From the NCBI GenBank assembly GCA_050298055.1, contig JBNKTL010000037.1, positions 1 through 49,282 on the forward strand: a stretch of DNA of 49,282 nucleotides, in the 5' to 3' direction. This document shows, in pieces, positions 46,914 to 49,282 of this stretch (position 1 is its first letter; each line of letters starts with the position of its first letter). The notes below the pieces were generated by a model. The model saw only the letters and a list, made by a program, of their open reading frames with translations, was not told the DNA's origin and made no database searches. Position numbers and translations under genes: made by a program. Source of the DNA: Spirochaetota bacterium. GTDB taxonomy: Bacteria > Spirochaetota > UBA4802 > UBA5550.

Positions 46914-47408
46914 TTATCCCCACGAATCATCCGCAAAGCACCATCTGTTTTCATCAAGATTATGTTTTATCCATTGACGTTCAATATAACAGATTACTCT
47001 TTGAAATTCATTTTTATTAAATATGATGCGGTTATAAAACGATTTTTGCCATTGAAATGGCGGGATTTCACCAAGATTCTTCACGTTGTTTTTATATTTG
47101 ATGCCGTTAAGGCTTTTCCCAATAAGTTTATTGGCATTTCTTGAAAAATTTTCCTTCAGCGATTTCATTACCTGGGAATAATTTGATCCCGCCCCGGGGA
47201 GAAACAACAGGTGTACATGATCCGGATTTATTTTATATCCATACAGAATAAAATTATAGATACTCCTGCAATAACCCAGATCCATTAAAAATAATTCACA
47301 TAAAAGATCGTTATTAAAATAGGGGTATCTATCATGTGTAACTGTTGTAATAAAACTGGGAGCGCCGTCAACGTAGAATCTTTTAGGTGTGTTTCTGTGT
47401 AATTTCAT
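46914..47408 (-). mobile_element. REP-associated tyrosine transposase (RAYT, Y1 HUH)
   Basis: FITTVTHDRYPYF, NPDHVHLL (HUH), WQKSFY, CYIERQ; flanked by palindromes; ATG 47408. Confidence 0.88.
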
Positions 47409-47473
47409 ATAAATATATACGATTGGGAAGGGGGAAATATAAAAAAAATTTATCATGGTGCGAAAAAAAATAT

Positions 47474-47540
47474 CCCCCGCATAGGCGCCACGACGACGTG
47501 GCGCCTATGCGGGAAATGGACGTGGCGCTTATGCGGGGGA
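47474..47540. repeat. REP palindrome plus half copy, upstream of the RAYT gene
   Basis: cccgcataggcgccacg-acga-cgtggcgcctatgcggg (47476-47513), then gacgtggcgcttatgcggggg. Confidence 0.85.
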
Positions 47541-47550
47541 AACGACATAA

Positions 47551-47581
47551 AAAAAACGCCGGTAAAATACCGGCGTTTTTT
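47551..47581. terminator. Intrinsic terminator for the FadL-like gene (symmetric)
   Basis: aaaaaacgccggta-aaa-taccggcgtttttt. Confidence 0.8.
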
Positions 47582-47648
47582 CGTCTAATATCTATGTGCA
47601 AACCGTAAAGAGGTGATTCATCAGATCTTTACGAATGTCACCATGTTT

Positions 47649-48890
47649 TTACAGAGGAAGCCTGTAGTTTACGCCAACAGCGATAAGGTAACAGACCTTT
47701 GTATATGTATTACCTGTAGCATCAGGATGTTTTGATTCAGGTGATTCAATATAAAAGGTCCTTGAAAAAGCGGCGTTAACATCAAGCTCCTCTGAAGCGG
47801 AGAATTTACAACCGAGACCAACTGAGTGTGTATCAAGGTTAAAGCCAAGGTCGTTAAGTGTATCTTCATTGGCGGCTGTATTGGAATAGAGATAACCCAG
47901 GCTTAAAAGAAGTGTGGGTGTTACCTTGTACTCTGCGAAAACCCCAACCTCCCAGCTGTTGTCAAAGTATTTCTCTCCGCCGTCCCAGTCTGCCTGTTTC
48001 TCGAAGTAGTAGGTGAAGTCTGCTCCGACATTGAGTTCAGGAGTAGCGGAGAATACGGCTCCCAGGCCAAGCACTGCGGGTAAATTATGTTGTACTTTTT
48101 CACCATCAGCAAACATGCCAAAATCATCCTTTGAAGTATCATTTTCAAGCTCTATGGATGTTTCGGTTTCATACCTCATTCCGATGTTAATCCCTTCAAG
48201 AGCTATGTTAAGGCCGATAATACCACCGAATCCCATACCGGTTTGTTTAGCATCAAGTTCATATGTTGTCGCTACACCGGGATTAAAATTAAGTTCAGCT
48301 TTGTATGAAGTATCAACATACAATCCTCTGACTCCCAGTGCTATGCTGAACATAGGGTTTACCTCAAATGTGCCGCCCATTGTTAAAGCATAGTACACCT
48401 GTGAAACTTCAGCAGATGAACCGTCATATGTGCCAAATCCCATAGTCCCATCATACCATTGATCATGGAGCGACGGAAGACCGTCCTTAAAGTTAACGCT
48501 TCCGCCACCTGCAGGTATTGTAAAGGAAAGAAACCCCGCCCAGTTGTCCTGCCTGTAGACAAAGTAGGCATTGGGCAGAAGATAGACAGGCTCTTCAGAT
48601 TTATACTCTTTTTTGGCTCCCTCAGACACAGAAGTATCATTTGTGTTGATTGTCCAGTCGTAGATGAAGAGGGACTGGTTGCTGATGTTCATGCTCAGTC
48701 CCGGCTTCAGCTTGGTAAGTCCCGCGGGATTGTAGTATGCGATATCAGCCGCATCTGTTGCGCCGTTTCGGTTCATAGTCCTTATGTATTCCGCGCTCAT
48801 GTTGCTGTTATTGTCAACCCCTCCCGCGAAGAGATCCGTGCCGGTGACAAGAATTGCTGCAGCGGCAAAAAGTAGTAACACTTTCTTCAT
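47649..48890 (-). CDS. OmpP1/FadL family outer-membrane transporter
   Basis: Signal peptide, DAADIAYYNPAGL hatch motif, amphipathic strands; AGGAGG RBS. Confidence 0.88.
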   Translation of the reverse strand: MKKVLLLFAAAAILVTGTDLFAGGVDNNSNMSAEYIRTMNRNGATDAADIAYYNPAGLTKLKPGLSMNISNQSLFIYDWTINTNDTSVSEGAKKEYKSEEPVYLLPNAYFVYRQDNWAGFLSFTIPAGGGSVNFKDGLPSLHDQWYDGTMGFGTYDGSSAEVSQVYYALTMGGTFEVNPMFSIALGVRGLYVDTSYKAELNFNPGVATTYELDAKQTGMGFGGIIGLNIALEGINIGMRYETETSIELENDTSKDDFGMFADGEKVQHNLPAVLGLGAVFSATPELNVGADFTYYFEKQADWDGGEKYFDNSWEVGVFAEYKVTPTLLLSLGYLYSNTAANEDTLNDLGFNLDTHSVGLGCKFSASEELDVNAAFSRTFYIESPESKHPDATGNTYTKVCYLIAVGVNYRLPL

Positions 48891-49209
48891 TTAAAATCCT
48901 CCTGAATTTTGAAGTTTTATATTTTAAGACTCCGCAAAGTGCGGTTTACTCCCTTCTTTATATATCTCTCTCTCTTGCAGGTACAGTAGTCTCTTAATTC
49001 AATTGTTCTTAATAGTACATACTAATTTTTTATGAATGTCAATAGATTAATAAATATTAATAAATAGGGGTATCCAATATATTATTAAAGAAAATGTAAT
49101 ACAGGGACCCATTTATTTCTAACCAATTTCTGATTAATCATAAATTGAAAGATCCAGTCAATTTAAGCCCCCCCGTAAATCCCCCGGAGGAGGAGCCCCC
49201 TAAATCCCC

Positions 49210-49282
49210 TGTATAGACCGGGTAGATGGGTAACAGTTGTTCGGACACATAGGTAACATATATATTTGGTATATCATTTCAC
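49210..49282. mobile_element. Probable end of an IS481-family element
   Basis: Starts TGT, with repeated ATRGGTAACA boxes (gatgggtaaca, cataggtaaca). Confidence 0.5.

Overview
Bacterial chromosomal segment, probably from an uncultured spirochaete. This is inferred from the E-C-A-B-D-I-K V-type ATPase operon and a LipL31-like gene next to mfd. The left ~10 kb holds a minus-strand hybrid NRPS-PKS cluster: a C-A(Ser-like code)-T NRPS, an AsnB-type amidotransferase, a free ACP, a Cys-rich PP-loop (ANH) ATPase and a KS-AT PKS that runs off the window and is missing from the ORF track. It sits beside a STAS gene and a WcaJ-type priming glycosyltransferase. The rest contains an ankyrin/M23 lipoprotein, the V-ATPase operon, assorted housekeeping or accessory genes, a Phd-RelE toxin-antitoxin pair, mfd, a LolA-like/Omp85-like pair, pyrG and FadL. 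Small repeat elements are common: a RAYT transposase flanked by ATAG-type REP palindromes, a second apparently inactive Y1/RAYT homologue, a three-copy MITE-like family, empty 7/8-mer inverted-repeat islands and an IS481-like end. No rRNA, tRNA or CRISPR array was seen. All family assignments come from motif reading by eye, not from database searches.
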